Positions 10,811 to 21,267 are shown, counted from the stretch's first letter. The stretch is DNA of 64,000 nt from Nostoc sp. (GCA_036918135.1 JBALDB010000031.1:1-64000), one strand, 5' to 3'. Translations and numbers: made by a program. Notes: generated from the letters alone by a model not told the origin.

Positions 10811-11596
10811 ATGCCATCTAAAATTTGCAGTCATCCTTATTTTATAACTACTCAGCCATTTAATCCTAATTATCCACTTTTTGTATTTCTTCCGGGCATG
10901 GATGAGACGGGAAAGGAACTCATGTATATTCAAACAGCAGGTTTAGAAGCTGCTTTTAATGTACGTTGTTTTGTGATTCTACCTGATGATTTAACAAGTT
11001 GGAATAAAATGACAGAAGAAGTGGTTAATTTAACTCAAGTAGAATTAGAAAAATTACCGCAATTGCCTGTTTATCTTTGTGCTGAATCATTCGGTTGTTG
11101 CTTGGCACTAAAAGTCTTAGAAAAATTCCCTCAACTATTTACAAAAATTATTTTAATTAACTCTGCTTCTTCATTTCATCGCGTACCTTGGTTAAATTTC
11201 GGTTCGCTATTGTTTCCTTACACTCCTAATTTCTTCTATAAAATTTCTTCATTTTTATCTTTGCCTTTTCTATCAAATTTAACTCGAATTTCACCTACTG
11301 CTAATCAAGCTCTTTTAAAATCTACTAGTTCTGCACCAAAAGAAACTGCTAATCAACGTCTATCATTGATGAGAGAATTTGATATTGATGAAGAAACTTT
11401 ATCTCAAATTACTCAACCAGTCTTACTGATTGCTAGTAGAGATGACCGACTTTTACCTTCAGAAGCAGAGGCACAACGTTTAAGTCATATTTTTCATAAT
11501 TCTCAAATAATAACTCTACCTCATAGCGGTCATGCCTGCTTAGTTGAAGCGGATGTTAATCTTTATCAAATTCTGTTGTCAGCTAATTTTATTTAA
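10811..11596 (+). CDS. Alpha/beta hydrolase
   Basis: FLPGMD oxyanion region, AESFG nucleophile elbow, DRLLP and SGHA catalytic Asp/His. Confidence 0.85.
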   Translation: MPSKICSHPYFITTQPFNPNYPLFVFLPGMDETGKELMYIQTAGLEAAFNVRCFVILPDDLTSWNKMTEEVVNLTQVELEKLPQLPVYLCAESFGCCLALKVLEKFPQLFTKIILINSASSFHRVPWLNFGSLLFPYTPNFFYKISSFLSLPFLSNLTRISPTANQALLKSTSSAPKETANQRLSLMREFDIDEETLSQITQPVLLIASRDDRLLPSEAEAQRLSHIFHNSQIITLPHSGHACLVEADVNLYQILLSANFI

Positions 11597-11733
11597 ATGA
11601 CAAGTTATACCAATTCTCTAAAATTATGCAACAGATTCCAACCCCCAAATCTAAATTAAATCTGACTTTCTTAATTACAAATTATGTTAGCGCAGCGTTA
11701 GCGAGTCCGCGAGTGTCATTACGAATTAATATT

Positions 11734-13377
11734 ATGACTTATCTTCTAAATAAACAAATTGCTTTGCTCAAAATAGGTTTGAGAATTTTTAGTATAGGGT
11801 TACTGCCTGTACTAACTGCTTATCCCGCTTTAGGTGCAGAACGGATTGAGTTTAATTACGGTCTTTTAGAAGAGTATATCCCAATTAGTTCGCTCGAAAC
11901 TTATGCGAGAACAGGCAAGGTAGACAATGATTTGGCTGTATATAGAAAGTATGTAAGCAAAAAGCAATTGATTCAACTGCGAAAAGCTTTAATTACTCCT
12001 ATTCCCTTAAATCAGGTAGAAGTTTCACAATTTTTATATACACCAATTGGTGAGAGATTATTAGAGAAATTAGGAAACGTTATTCAGACTGAATCTAGAT
12101 TATCAGGCTTTTATGCAATTCGTGCAGCATTGATTTTATCAGCCGCAGATCGACAAGATTTTACACTTTTAAATATATTACGCAAGTTTCCTACAAATAC
12201 AATTTCAATTAATTTAAATCAAAGCTTAGAAATTATAAATACCTTACAAAATTCAATTAATCAAACTCAAAATGCAGTAGCACTTGTTAACCAAAAATCC
12301 CAACAAAAGGCAAGTAATACTTCTACACTTAATACCGTTACGGTGTTAGATTTAGGCAAACCTGGAAGTTTTCGTTTTTTAAAACAAACTATCATTCTTA
12401 ATGACTTATCGCGTCTCAGAAAATTCCCAGCTGATATTTACTTACCAATTACTCAGACTCCTCATCCAATAATTGTTATCTCGCACGGACTGGGTTCTGA
12501 CAGAACAAGTTTTGCATATCTAGCCGAACATTTAGCTTCTTATGGTTTTGTGGTTGCTGTTCCAGAACATCCTGGTAGTAATTCAAAACAAATGCAAGCA
12601 TTATTCGCAGGTACAGCAGATAGAGTTACCAATCCTAGAGAATTTATTGACAGACCTTTAGATATTAAATTTTTATTAGATGAACTCACTCGTTTATCAA
12701 AGTCTAATCAAACATTTCAAGGACGGTTAAATTTAGAACAAGTTGGTGTGGTAGGGCAATCATTTGGTGGATATACAGTGTTAGCGTTAGCTGGTGCAAA
12801 GATTAATTTTGAGCAATTAAAAGCTGATTGTCCAGCTTTGGAAGATACATTAAATATTTCGCGATTATTGCAATGTTTGGCTGTCAATTTACCGAATACT
12901 GAATACAATTTATCTGATGATAGGATAAAAGCGGCAATTGCAATCGACCCAGTTGATAGTAGTATTTTTGGAAAAGCTAGTCTCAGCCAAATCAAAATTC
13001 CATTGATGATTGTATCTGGCAGTGCCGATACAGTTGCTCCGGCTTTACCAGAACAAATTCAGCCTTTTACTTGGTTAACAACTCCAAGTAAATATTTAGC
13101 ACTAATCAATGGCGGTACACATTTTTCTACAATCGCAGAATCAGCAGATGCAGTTATACCCATACCTACACAAATAATTGGTTCTAGTCCAGCTTTGGCA
13201 CGTCGTTATGTCAAAGCTTTGAGTATTCCCTTCTTTGAAACCTACGTTGCTGAACAGCCAAGTTTCCTTCCATATTTGAGTACAGATTACGCTAATACAA
13301 TTAGTCAGCAACCGCTACCATTAAGTTTGATTAAATCTCTAACATCTGAACAACTACAACAAGCGATTCAAGAATGA
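11734..13377 (+). CDS. DUF1400 + alpha/beta hydrolase
   Basis: AERIEFNYG..ISSLETYARTG domain, ISHGLGS, GQSFGGYT, GGTHFS; ATG 11734 preferred because 11626-11733 is repeat-derived. Confidence 0.85.
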   Translation: MTYLLNKQIALLKIGLRIFSIGLLPVLTAYPALGAERIEFNYGLLEEYIPISSLETYARTGKVDNDLAVYRKYVSKKQLIQLRKALITPIPLNQVEVSQFLYTPIGERLLEKLGNVIQTESRLSGFYAIRAALILSAADRQDFTLLNILRKFPTNTISINLNQSLEIINTLQNSINQTQNAVALVNQKSQQKASNTSTLNTVTVLDLGKPGSFRFLKQTIILNDLSRLRKFPADIYLPITQTPHPIIVISHGLGSDRTSFAYLAEHLASYGFVVAVPEHPGSNSKQMQALFAGTADRVTNPREFIDRPLDIKFLLDELTRLSKSNQTFQGRLNLEQVGVVGQSFGGYTVLALAGAKINFEQLKADCPALEDTLNISRLLQCLAVNLPNTEYNLSDDRIKAAIAIDPVDSSIFGKASLSQIKIPLMIVSGSADTVAPALPEQIQPFTWLTTPSKYLALINGGTHFSTIAESADAVIPIPTQIIGSSPALARRYVKALSIPFFETYVAEQPSFLPYLSTDYANTISQQPLPLSLIKSLTSEQLQQAIQE

Positions 13378-13398
13378 TAATTTTGCTAGGTTTTTTAA

Positions 13399-13818
13399 CT
13401 ATAGCAGTCGCTAAAGCTGTTAGGACGAGTTTATTGAAACGCAAAGGGCGCAGAGATAAGTGCAAAGGGGAGCAGCGCGTTACGGTGAGGGGGTCGCAGT
13501 CTTCTCCCAAAGGGAGAGGTTAACGCCAAGGCGGTTCCCGTCGTTAGCGTTAGCGCAGCGTTAGCGAGTCTTCGAGCGTCAGCGGTAGCGAGTCTTCTCC
13601 TGTCAGAGACGCTACGCGAACGAGCGTCTCTGACAGGAGAAGCGGTAGCAAAGCAGGAGCGTCACCCTCGAACCCGAAGGGGGGGTTCCCACGCCACTTG
13701 CTTTAAGTCGGGCATTGCCCGCCCAACACAGTGGCTCCCCGTTGTAGCGACTGCCGTCGCAAAGAGTTTATTTCGGTCTTTTCGCTATGCGTACTAAGCC
13801 TCTTGTTCGTTGCTATAG
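13399..13818. repeat. MITE-like element (CTATAGCA...TGCTATAG) filled with nested SDR-like mini-elements
   Basis: 8-bp inverted ends; GC-rich interior built of short hairpin units, including empty and filled copies of one unit. Confidence 0.75.
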
Positions 13819-13943
13819 AATAGGAAATTTCAACTTTTCATCAAAATAATAGATCCCTGAATAGAGTTTTCAATCCAGCAACGCAAGGTCATACTTTTAC
13901 CAGAACCAGAAGCACCTAATAACCCTAAAATATTTCCATGTGA

Positions 13944-15095
13944 TTATCGATTGGCTGTCTTTTGTGAGTGCTGTTGTCTATGTTGCTGATGTTGAGAGTC
14001 ATTGTCTTGAAAATGCAGCCACAGCAACACTCCGCCAATCACGGCAAAGATGATGTTGAGCCAAAAGGTGTAATCAATTGCAAATTTTACTAATTCTGTC
14101 AGCGCAGTTCTTTCGGTTGGTATGGCGTTGAAAAGGGCAAAAATTCCGTGTACGGTGATTCCCGCAGCTACCATGCAAACATAAAGCAATCCACAAAGAT
14201 ACGCCGCATATTTCCAACCGTAATATTTCGCTTGTAAATAAACTACAGTCGCCGCCACCAAGTCAGCGCCTAAAAAGCTCATAACACCCGCAAAAGAAGC
14301 ATTCTTTGACCATAACAGAGCAGCTAAGGGTACATTACCCATTGAGCCAATAAAGGTAAAAAAGGCAATTATGGGCGCAACTAAAGCATTTTCTAATATC
14401 GCAAACAACGATGGTGCATCTTGACCGGACTGTAAAAATAAGGTGTTCCAAAAACTAGTAGGAATAAATACTGAGATAAATCCGGCAATGGTGAAGCCAA
14501 ATAAAATCTCTTTGTAAGCCATCTTCCATTCCATAAAGAAAGCGTGGGAAATCGCCAGCCAACCTTCTTTGGAAGTTAACTTTTGCCACCAATTTTTGTT
14601 TTGCATTTGTCCGTGGTGGTGCATTCCTTCACCTTCTTGGTGTTGTTCGGCGTGTTGTTTCGCTTGATTAGCAAGTTCTTTAGGGAACCAAAAGCGAGTC
14701 AGGATGTAAGCGTAGACAATCATCAAAATACCAAGCAGAAAATTACCAACAAAGAACTTCCAGCCCAGCAATACCCACAGTACGATACCTAATTCTATGA
14801 CCAAGTTGGTAGAAGCAATTAAGAAAGAGAGACCGTTAACCGCGTGTGCGCCTTTGACGAATACAGAACGCGAAGCGGCGATCGCGGCAAAAGAACAAGA
14901 AGAAGATATAAAGCCAAAAACACCAGCTAATATTGCTTGTTTCCAACCACGTTTACCTAAAACTCGCGCCATTTGCGATCGCGTGACGATCGCTTGAATT
15001 GCAGCAGAAACTATATAACCGAACACCAGCGCCCAAAAAGATTTCCATAAAATTCCAGCGCTGGTTAATAAGGCTTGTCCAATTTGATTTAACAT
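13944..15095 (-). CDS. Predicted permease (DUF318/ArsP-like, possibly metal related)
   Basis: SSSCSFAA, ASTNLVIELG, FIGSMGNVPLA; His-rich central loop. Confidence 0.8.
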   Translation of the reverse strand: MLNQIGQALLTSAGILWKSFWALVFGYIVSAAIQAIVTRSQMARVLGKRGWKQAILAGVFGFISSSCSFAAIAASRSVFVKGAHAVNGLSFLIASTNLVIELGIVLWVLLGWKFFVGNFLLGILMIVYAYILTRFWFPKELANQAKQHAEQHQEGEGMHHHGQMQNKNWWQKLTSKEGWLAISHAFFMEWKMAYKEILFGFTIAGFISVFIPTSFWNTLFLQSGQDAPSLFAILENALVAPIIAFFTFIGSMGNVPLAALLWSKNASFAGVMSFLGADLVAATVVYLQAKYYGWKYAAYLCGLLYVCMVAAGITVHGIFALFNAIPTERTALTELVKFAIDYTFWLNIIFAVIGGVLLWLHFQDNDSQHQQHRQQHSQKTANR

Positions 15096-15242
15096 TTATG
15101 ACGCTTTCCTTTAAACATTCCCTTTTTTGCTTGAATGTATTTGCTTTTAGCCAGAAGCAAGCTACGTAATTCGTGAGGCGGTTGCCGTCTTGGCGCGTGC
15201 GAAGGGTGGTAAACTGCCGAACTCGAAGGGTAATTGAGCAAG

Positions 15243-16167
15243 TCAAATAATTTTGGTTAGTTGTAGTAGATAAATCACCGCGAATAAACTGAAAAATATA
15301 CCTGCGATCGCAGTTCCGCCAAAAATCACCTTCGATGGTTGCAATTGTTTGGGCAACATTCGATGATTTAAGTAAAGAGTCAATCCGGTAACGATGGGAA
15401 TGTGAGCGGCTTCAATTGCGCCCGCAGTTTGTAATAAGCCGACTGGTTTGCCGAAGAACAAATAAATAGCGATGGGTAAAGCTGCCAGTAGCACGACAAT
15501 ATAGACGCGCTACAACAACTTTTCATTTGTCCAGCGTTCCTCTACGCCAAACCCTTGCAAAAGAATCTGCGTACCATCAGCAAACATTCGCCCAAAACCA
15601 TCTTCGACTGAAAGGATGGTATTACAAAAGGTAATAAAAACAATTGCCACCATAAACCAAAAGCCAAATGATCCCCAAAGGTCTCCCAGCAAGCTACCTA
15701 AAGTTTCTGCTACTTGATTTTCTTTTGGTACGAGTTTTTGCGGACGCAGCAATTCGCCACCCAAAATCAAGAAAGATAACGCCATTAACAGTGCACCCAC
15801 CACAGCTAAGGTGTTGGATATAGTCATTAGATTTATCCAACCGCGCAGTTTCTTTTTTTGGTGTTGGTTGAGTTGCTTGGGGTCTATACTCTCTTGTCCT
15901 CGAACGCTAGCTGCACCGTATCCTCTGGCTTCTATCCAGTAGGAATACCACATCAATCCGGCTGCTCCTGCTAGCATAAAACCTAGCCAAGGCAGTATTT
16001 CTTGATACTGTATATCTTGGGGAATTTGCGGTACTATGCCAGTTGCCAACAGGCGAAGATTCGGAGAAACAAAAATAGCAGCTGTCACCACTGCAATCGT
16101 CAGGGCAATCCCCGCAGAGGAAGCAATTTTTTCTACTACTTTGTATTGTCCTAAAAAAACGATCGCT
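15243..16167 (-). pseudogene. Nramp-family divalent metal transporter, 5'-truncated with in-frame TAG at 15510-15512
   Basis: In-frame read AIVFLGQYKVVEK...WYSYW...DGFGRMFAD...LL*RVYIVVLLAALP; 5' end missing upstream of about 16167. Confidence 0.75.
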
Positions 16168-16261
16168 TTTATTATTCATTTTTTGCTATCTGATTTGCAC
16201 CAATATCATTAGTGATGTTCAATCTGCCTTGAGGTGGCTTGAGCAATATCCGATCAGCCTG

Positions 16262-16651
16262 TTAGAAGGGGCCACGCAGGGGTCGTACATTCTTACTATC
16301 GCGTAATGCTTGCCACGTCAGCGCGCCTACTTTTCCATCACCAACCAATCTGTGCGATCGTTGAAATGCTGCTACTGCTGTAGCTGTTCTAGGACCATAG
16401 ATACTATCAATAGCTCCGTTATAAAAGCCTAAAGATTGCAAAGCAGCTTGCACATCTTTCACAGGCTGTCCACGAGATCCTGGTCTGAGAAAGGGAGCTT
16501 TTACAGGAGAGTATTTTGAAAGCCTACTTCTAATTGAGGTATTATTTGTCTGCGCGTAAGCAGGTGCAAAACTCAAGGGTAACATCCCCAAAAACAATAC
16601 AGAAATCAAGCCAAATGGCAAAATTCTTAAGCGCATCAATCGAGTATTCAT
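16262..16651 (-). CDS. Secreted peptidoglycan-binding domain protein
   Basis: Signal peptide (..APAYAQ) plus LRPGSRG..V..VQ..L...GFY.G.IDSIYGPRT..AV.AFQ...L..DG.VG..TW. Confidence 0.9.
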   Translation of the reverse strand: MNTRLMRLRILPFGLISVLFLGMLPLSFAPAYAQTNNTSIRSRLSKYSPVKAPFLRPGSRGQPVKDVQAALQSLGFYNGAIDSIYGPRTATAVAAFQRSHRLVGDGKVGALTWQALRDSKNVRPLRGPF

Positions 16652-16691
16652 AAATTTATATTCCTCCAAATCTAAATGGGAACCGCTATTA

Positions 16692-17198
16692 TCAAATTTT
16701 GGCTCTGTTTGGATTTCTCCTATTTCTCAGGTTTTCTTCATAAGTTCTGAAGTTGGGATCGTTTAGTTCGTAAAAGTAAGGTTCCATTGTGTAGTTATAA
16801 AGAGGAGGAGTACCAAACATACCTGGCATTGTTGTTGTCGCTAAAGGTCGGTAAATGCCTCTAACTTTTTCTTCGTAATCATTATCGATTGCTAAACCTT
16901 CGGTGAATTCTGGTAAATTTTTTACTTGCTCTTTGGTTAGACCCGGAACGAGCAGATATTTATTTTCATAGTCAAGACGAGCTAAACCCACAGGTAACAA
17001 TACTTTTTTACCGAAAATCCAGAAGCCTGTATCAACGATGAAATACCGGAAACGACTATCATTTTCATCAACTAATATGTTGACAACATTACCAACTCGC
17101 TTGTTATCGGTGTAAACATTAAAATTTTTAATGTCATTACCACCAAAAATTTCCTCAGTATAGTTGGGGTTATATTCATCAAGTTTGTACAAAGCCAT
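16692..17198 (-). CDS. PRC-barrel domain protein
   Basis: RFRYFIVDTGFWIFGKKVLLPVG..GLTKEQV..LPE signature. Confidence 0.9.
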   Translation of the reverse strand: MALYKLDEYNPNYTEEIFGGNDIKNFNVYTDNKRVGNVVNILVDENDSRFRYFIVDTGFWIFGKKVLLPVGLARLDYENKYLLVPGLTKEQVKNLPEFTEGLAIDNDYEEKVRGIYRPLATTTMPGMFGTPPLYNYTMEPYFYELNDPNFRTYEENLRNRRNPNRAKI

Positions 17199-17254
17199 GT
17201 TTTTTCCTCCTAGAAAATCTCACATTTCAAACTACTATGGCAAACTTAAAATTT

Positions 17255-18049
17255 CTAAGAAGGGTATACAGTTTCGGCAATTAAAACAGCTCTGTTACCA
17301 TACTGTGCTTCTAATTCCCTTTTTACCTTCATATCCCATCTAAAATCATAGTCGCGCTCAATGTCAGCAACAACAAAAGGACGAACTTCACCAGTTATCG
17401 ATACTGTCTGACCTTGATTGATTGCTATTTTGGACGGTGCTTTTAATAAAACTAGTAAATCTTGCCTACCAAATAATTGATTTTCATCTAGAGTTAATAA
17501 AACTGGACTGCGGACATCACCAACTTTCCCCGTAATTGCTACGTTACGACCATAGTATTGTTCGGGACGTTGCGTTATTTGACCGGGTTGAGGCGCTAAA
17601 ACAAGGTATCGAGCAATAATCGCAGGTTTATTGATATAGTCTTTGTAATATTTATCCTGGATTTTGAGATTAAATTCTTGCTCAATTTTGGGAATTACTA
17701 AATTCCGAACCTGACCAGTAACTTGCACTTTAATGTTTTCATCAAGTGGTAGCTCGAAAGGCACACCTGAAGCATTGACAACTACAATAGGTTCACCGCC
17801 AAAGAATCGCGCATCGCTAACTGTGAAGGAACTCAAACCAATTTTTTGAGTTGCTCTGCTTTTAATAGTCACAGATTGACCAATGAATTCGTCTGTATTC
17901 TGAGTAATTGCAGATGTCTTAGTGATAGCTGGTTTTGCGTCAAAAAGGTTACAGCTTCTAACTAGCATAGCGATCGCTACTAGGAAAATTAATACCCCTG
18001 TCTTACTTAGTGCTTGTAATAAACCTCCACTTTCGGAATTATTTGCCAT
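17255..18049 (-). CDS. Hypothetical exported/lipoprotein, paralog of 18120-18941
   Basis: Hydrophobic N-terminus ending VRSC; shares FFG.EPI.VVNASG, AP.PG.IT, LDE..LFG.QDLLV and RPFVVAD with the neighbour. Confidence 0.75.
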   Translation of the reverse strand: MANNSESGGLLQALSKTGVLIFLVAIAMLVRSCNLFDAKPAITKTSAITQNTDEFIGQSVTIKSRATQKIGLSSFTVSDARFFGGEPIVVVNASGVPFELPLDENIKVQVTGQVRNLVIPKIEQEFNLKIQDKYYKDYINKPAIIARYLVLAPQPGQITQRPEQYYGRNVAITGKVGDVRSPVLLTLDENQLFGRQDLLVLLKAPSKIAINQGQTVSITGEVRPFVVADIERDYDFRWDMKVKRELEAQYGNRAVLIAETVYPS

Positions 18050-18119
18050 CGCCCTTACTCTTATTTATCTTGAGGCTAATTATGGGAAGCTTTCTCGATA
18101 GACAATGCCGTAAAATGCA

Positions 18120-18941
18120 TTATTGAGGAATTGCTGAAGGGTAAACTTCATTCGCAACTAACACTGGTTTATTTTTGAACTCTGCTTCTAGCTGCCTTTG
18201 TAAAGTTAAATCCCATTTCAGGTTATATTCTCGTTGTAGGTCAGCAACGACAAACGGACGTAATACACCTGTGACAGCGACTTTCTCACCTTTATTGATA
18301 GTTCTTTGAGGAGTATTGGTGCGTATAACTAACAAGTCTTGTCCGCCAAATAACTTATCTTCGTCAAGGGTAAATGAGTTCGCATTACTAATATTTTCCA
18401 CTTCACCTGTTACCGCTAAGTTTTTACCGTAATATAGGTTGGGGTTTGTAGTAATTTCACCTGGTTTAGGAGCAAGTGCAATTGATTGAGCTATAATTGC
18501 AGGTTTACTTTCGTACTCTCTGTACAAGTTAGGATCTAAACCCAACTTATAATCTCGATTAATATCTGCAATCACAAACTTCTCAACTGGGCCTGTCGCT
18601 TGAATTGGTGTATTTGAATCGTTAGGCAAGTTAAAAACTTTACCTGAAGCATTTACAACTATTATCGGTTCAGTCCCAAAGAATTGCTTGTCGCTGATTG
18701 TAAAAGTTGACAGGCCGAGTTTTTTGATTGGTGTACTTCTCACCGTTACAGTTTTACCGATTAGTTGGTTTGTATTGTCTGTGACTTCCTCTGTAGTAAC
18801 GTTGTTTCCTGGTGTTGCAGCTTCTCGCTCTGGGTTATTGCTACAAGCTCCAAGCAGCAATGCAGACATTGTAATCACAATAATTCCTTTGGAACTCCAT
18901 TTAGATTCAATAAAGTTAATCATTTCAAAATCTCTATTCAA
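18120..18941 (-). CDS. Hypothetical lipoprotein with two internal repeats
   Basis: Lipobox LLGAC; internal duplication (IGKTVTVRS / YGKNLAVTG). Confidence 0.8.
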   Translation of the reverse strand: MNRDFEMINFIESKWSSKGIIVITMSALLLGACSNNPEREAATPGNNVTTEEVTDNTNQLIGKTVTVRSTPIKKLGLSTFTISDKQFFGTEPIIVVNASGKVFNLPNDSNTPIQATGPVEKFVIADINRDYKLGLDPNLYREYESKPAIIAQSIALAPKPGEITTNPNLYYGKNLAVTGEVENISNANSFTLDEDKLFGGQDLLVIRTNTPQRTINKGEKVAVTGVLRPFVVADLQREYNLKWDLTLQRQLEAEFKNKPVLVANEVYPSAIPQ

Positions 18942-19025
18942 TTCGAGCTAGTGGACAACCACAAAAGTTTTGATTTGTTGTGGTTAGCGTTTTAACAACT
19001 CTCAAAACTAATGTGGTGAATTACA

Positions 19026-19697
19026 TTAATTCAAGAAGACTTGACCATCCTTTTGAATTCTCAATACACCTTGATAGTTACCGAAATTAGTTGTTTCATC
19101 TAACGAAACTCCAAGGGTTCCTTCAGAGGTAGACATAGGCATAACTTTTAGTAGTCCACCATCTTGACGAACCAAGGTGATACTAACAGGCGTTGGTAAA
19201 TTCCGTAAAACAAACTCTTGTCCACCTCCGAGATATCGAGGTTGTGTATAACCAATTGCTTGATAAGAGATACCAGCATTTGTATTATTTTTTAATCTCA
19301 CATTGACTGTGCCTGCTGTTGGTGTAACAGTTGCGTAGACACGAAGTGGCTTGTCGTCAGACATCGCACTTTGTCTGCTTTCTGGAAATGGTGGTTGTAT
19401 AACACTCGAACGTCTGCCATTCATTGGATAGACAGGAACAACAGTACCCTGAGAACTATTGATTTGCTGTTGCTGTCCGAATCTTAAAGTTGCAGCGTTA
19501 GGCGGACATCCTGCTGGAACCAAAACTCGATTTCGGTGTGGTTCTTCGTAAAAAATGCTAGGACAAGGGTTAACTTTTGGAATTTGTTGCTGCGCTACTG
19601 CCGATTTAGTAATTGCAGAAAAACCAACTACTAAACTTCCAAAAATTGTTCCTAATAATCCAATCCTTTTCAAGGAAGAGTGATTTAATTTGTACAT
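19026..19697 (-). CDS. Hypothetical secreted protein (27-nt in-frame insertion at 19336-19362)
   Basis: AGGAGG RBS, signal peptide ending AVAQ, NPCPSIFYEEPH..VLVPAGCPPN motif. Confidence 0.8.
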   Translation of the reverse strand: MYKLNHSSLKRIGLLGTIFGSLVVGFSAITKSAVAQQQIPKVNPCPSIFYEEPHRNRVLVPAGCPPNAATLRFGQQQQINSSQGTVVPVYPMNGRRSSVIQPPFPESRQSAMSDDKPLRVYATVTPTAGTVNVRLKNNTNAGISYQAIGYTQPRYLGGGQEFVLRNLPTPVSITLVRQDGGLLKVMPMSTSEGTLGVSLDETTNFGNYQGVLRIQKDGQVFLN

Positions 19698-19926
19698 AAA
19701 TACCTCCTGGTAATTTTATTTCAATTAAATATTATCAAGAATATATCTTGTCCTAAATCAATGAAAAAAATTTAAATTAATACATACTTTTAGTGAATAT
19801 TTAACTATAAATTTTGTCCTAAATTAAGCCGTAAAATGTTATTTAGGTAAAGTTAAGCTACTTATTTTTGATTAAGTAGCTTAACTAAAAAAGGAGCTAT
19901 GAAAACAAATTTATGCTATAGTTCTT

Positions 19927-19958
19927 AGCTTAAATCATAATAGTGGAAAAATCGTGGA
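19927..19958 (-). promoter_or_regulatory. TCCAC-N6-TCCAC-N10-TAAGCT box/promoter upstream of the 19697-16262 gene run
   Basis: GTGGA at 19943 and 19954 on + strand; -10-like hexamer exactly 10 bp downstream on - strand. Confidence 0.65.
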
Positions 19959-20055
19959 GAATTCCAATACATTACACCAATATTACTTGAGAAATAGTAC
20001 AATCACTTCAATGGTAATAGCTGGTGATTACGAACAAATATAGCTATGGAATTAA

Positions 20056-20625
20056 TTACTCTTCTACCCAATAGAGTAGACCAAGAGAAGTAACTCCTCC
20101 AAAAAAGTGAGCGCCAATCATGTTAACATTTGCTAACAGAACGAAAACATCTAGCGAACGAATTACATTTTCTGGTTGATAAATCGCAACACCTTGAGGT
20201 TGTGCTAATGCTTTTCCTAATATAATTGCAACTGTCGCTTCGGAAGCAATAAAAGCTATTAATAAGCCCACTAAACTTACGATTATTCCAATTCGTAAAT
20301 TTTGAATTACGTCTTCCTTCTTAGGATGGTTTTGAGGATTTGGTGTTTGTAAAAGTTTAGCTAACTTTCTATAACGGAAAGCCCAATAAACTCGAAAGCA
20401 CAGCACTAAAATACTAATTATAGCCAGAAATATACCAAACCCTATACCTGCATTGCTTGTCCCAGTTGTAACGTTACGGCTAAACCAGGCTAGTAACACA
20501 GCAATGCCAGAAACTCCACCAAGTACCAACTGTACCCAAAAACTAATTCGACTTACTAAACGCAAGGTAACAGCAAATTCTTGTTTACTCGGTGGATGTA
20601 AAAAGTATTCTAAGTTATTTGACAT
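20056..20625 (-). CDS. DUF3611 family membrane protein
   Basis: ISFWVQLVLG, LGKALAQPQG, IRSLDVFVLLANVN..AHF motifs; AGGAGG RBS. Confidence 0.85.
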   Translation of the reverse strand: MSNNLEYFLHPPSKQEFAVTLRLVSRISFWVQLVLGGVSGIAVLLAWFSRNVTTGTSNAGIGFGIFLAIISILVLCFRVYWAFRYRKLAKLLQTPNPQNHPKKEDVIQNLRIGIIVSLVGLLIAFIASEATVAIILGKALAQPQGVAIYQPENVIRSLDVFVLLANVNMIGAHFFGGVTSLGLLYWVEE

Positions 20626-20696
20626 CTACACCTCCTAAGTTAAGAGCTAACGTAACAGTCCTAAATTACTCAAGATTGCTATATGAAGTTAGTTCT

Positions 20697-20728
20697 AAAT
20701 TAGAAAATAAAAGTGGAAAACTAGTGGA
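20697..20728 (-). promoter_or_regulatory. TCCAC-N6-TCCAC-N10-TAATTT box/promoter upstream of DUF3611 gene
   Basis: GTGGA at 20713 and 20724. Confidence 0.65.
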
Positions 20729-20895
20729 TAATATCTCTTTACTGAAAAAACTACTACTTAAGAAAGAGCCTGGTAAAACTATAGAGATAGACTAATTTCA
20801 AGCAAATACTCATTAAGTTTTAGGTGCTTGCGTTAGTTAATTTAGAAATATACCTAGCTGAATTAGAAACAGTCATTCTAATTTTTTAGTATATT

Positions 20896-21267
20896 TTAAT
20901 TCAATGCTGCTGCTACTTGAGCAGCTAGTTTTTGAGGATTAAATGGTTTACTGATTATGCCTTTAACACCCAGTTGAGTAAATAAACGTTTGTCAGTTGC
21001 GCGTCCTCTAGCTGTTAACAAAATCACGGGTATATGTTGAGTTTTCTGATTAGCCTGTAGTTGTTGAAAAGTTGTTATACCATCTAGATCGGGCATCATT
21101 ACATCTAAAAGGATGGCATCAGGTTGAGATGACTGAGCTAAGAGTAATCCTTGATGACCTGAAGTAGCAGTTAACACCTTCCAATCTCCCATTATTTCTA
21201 GGCAAGTCTGAATCAATTGACGGATGTCATCTTCATCATCAATAACTAAGATTTGTTTAGTATTCAT
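20896..21267 (-). CDS. Single-domain CheY-like response regulator (RcaF-like size)
   Basis: ILVIDDE, ILLDVMMPDLDG, LLTA, KPF. Confidence 0.95.
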   Translation of the reverse strand: MNTKQILVIDDEDDIRQLIQTCLEIMGDWKVLTATSGHQGLLLAQSSQPDAILLDVMMPDLDGITTFQQLQANQKTQHIPVILLTARGRATDKRLFTQLGVKGIISKPFNPQKLAAQVAAALN

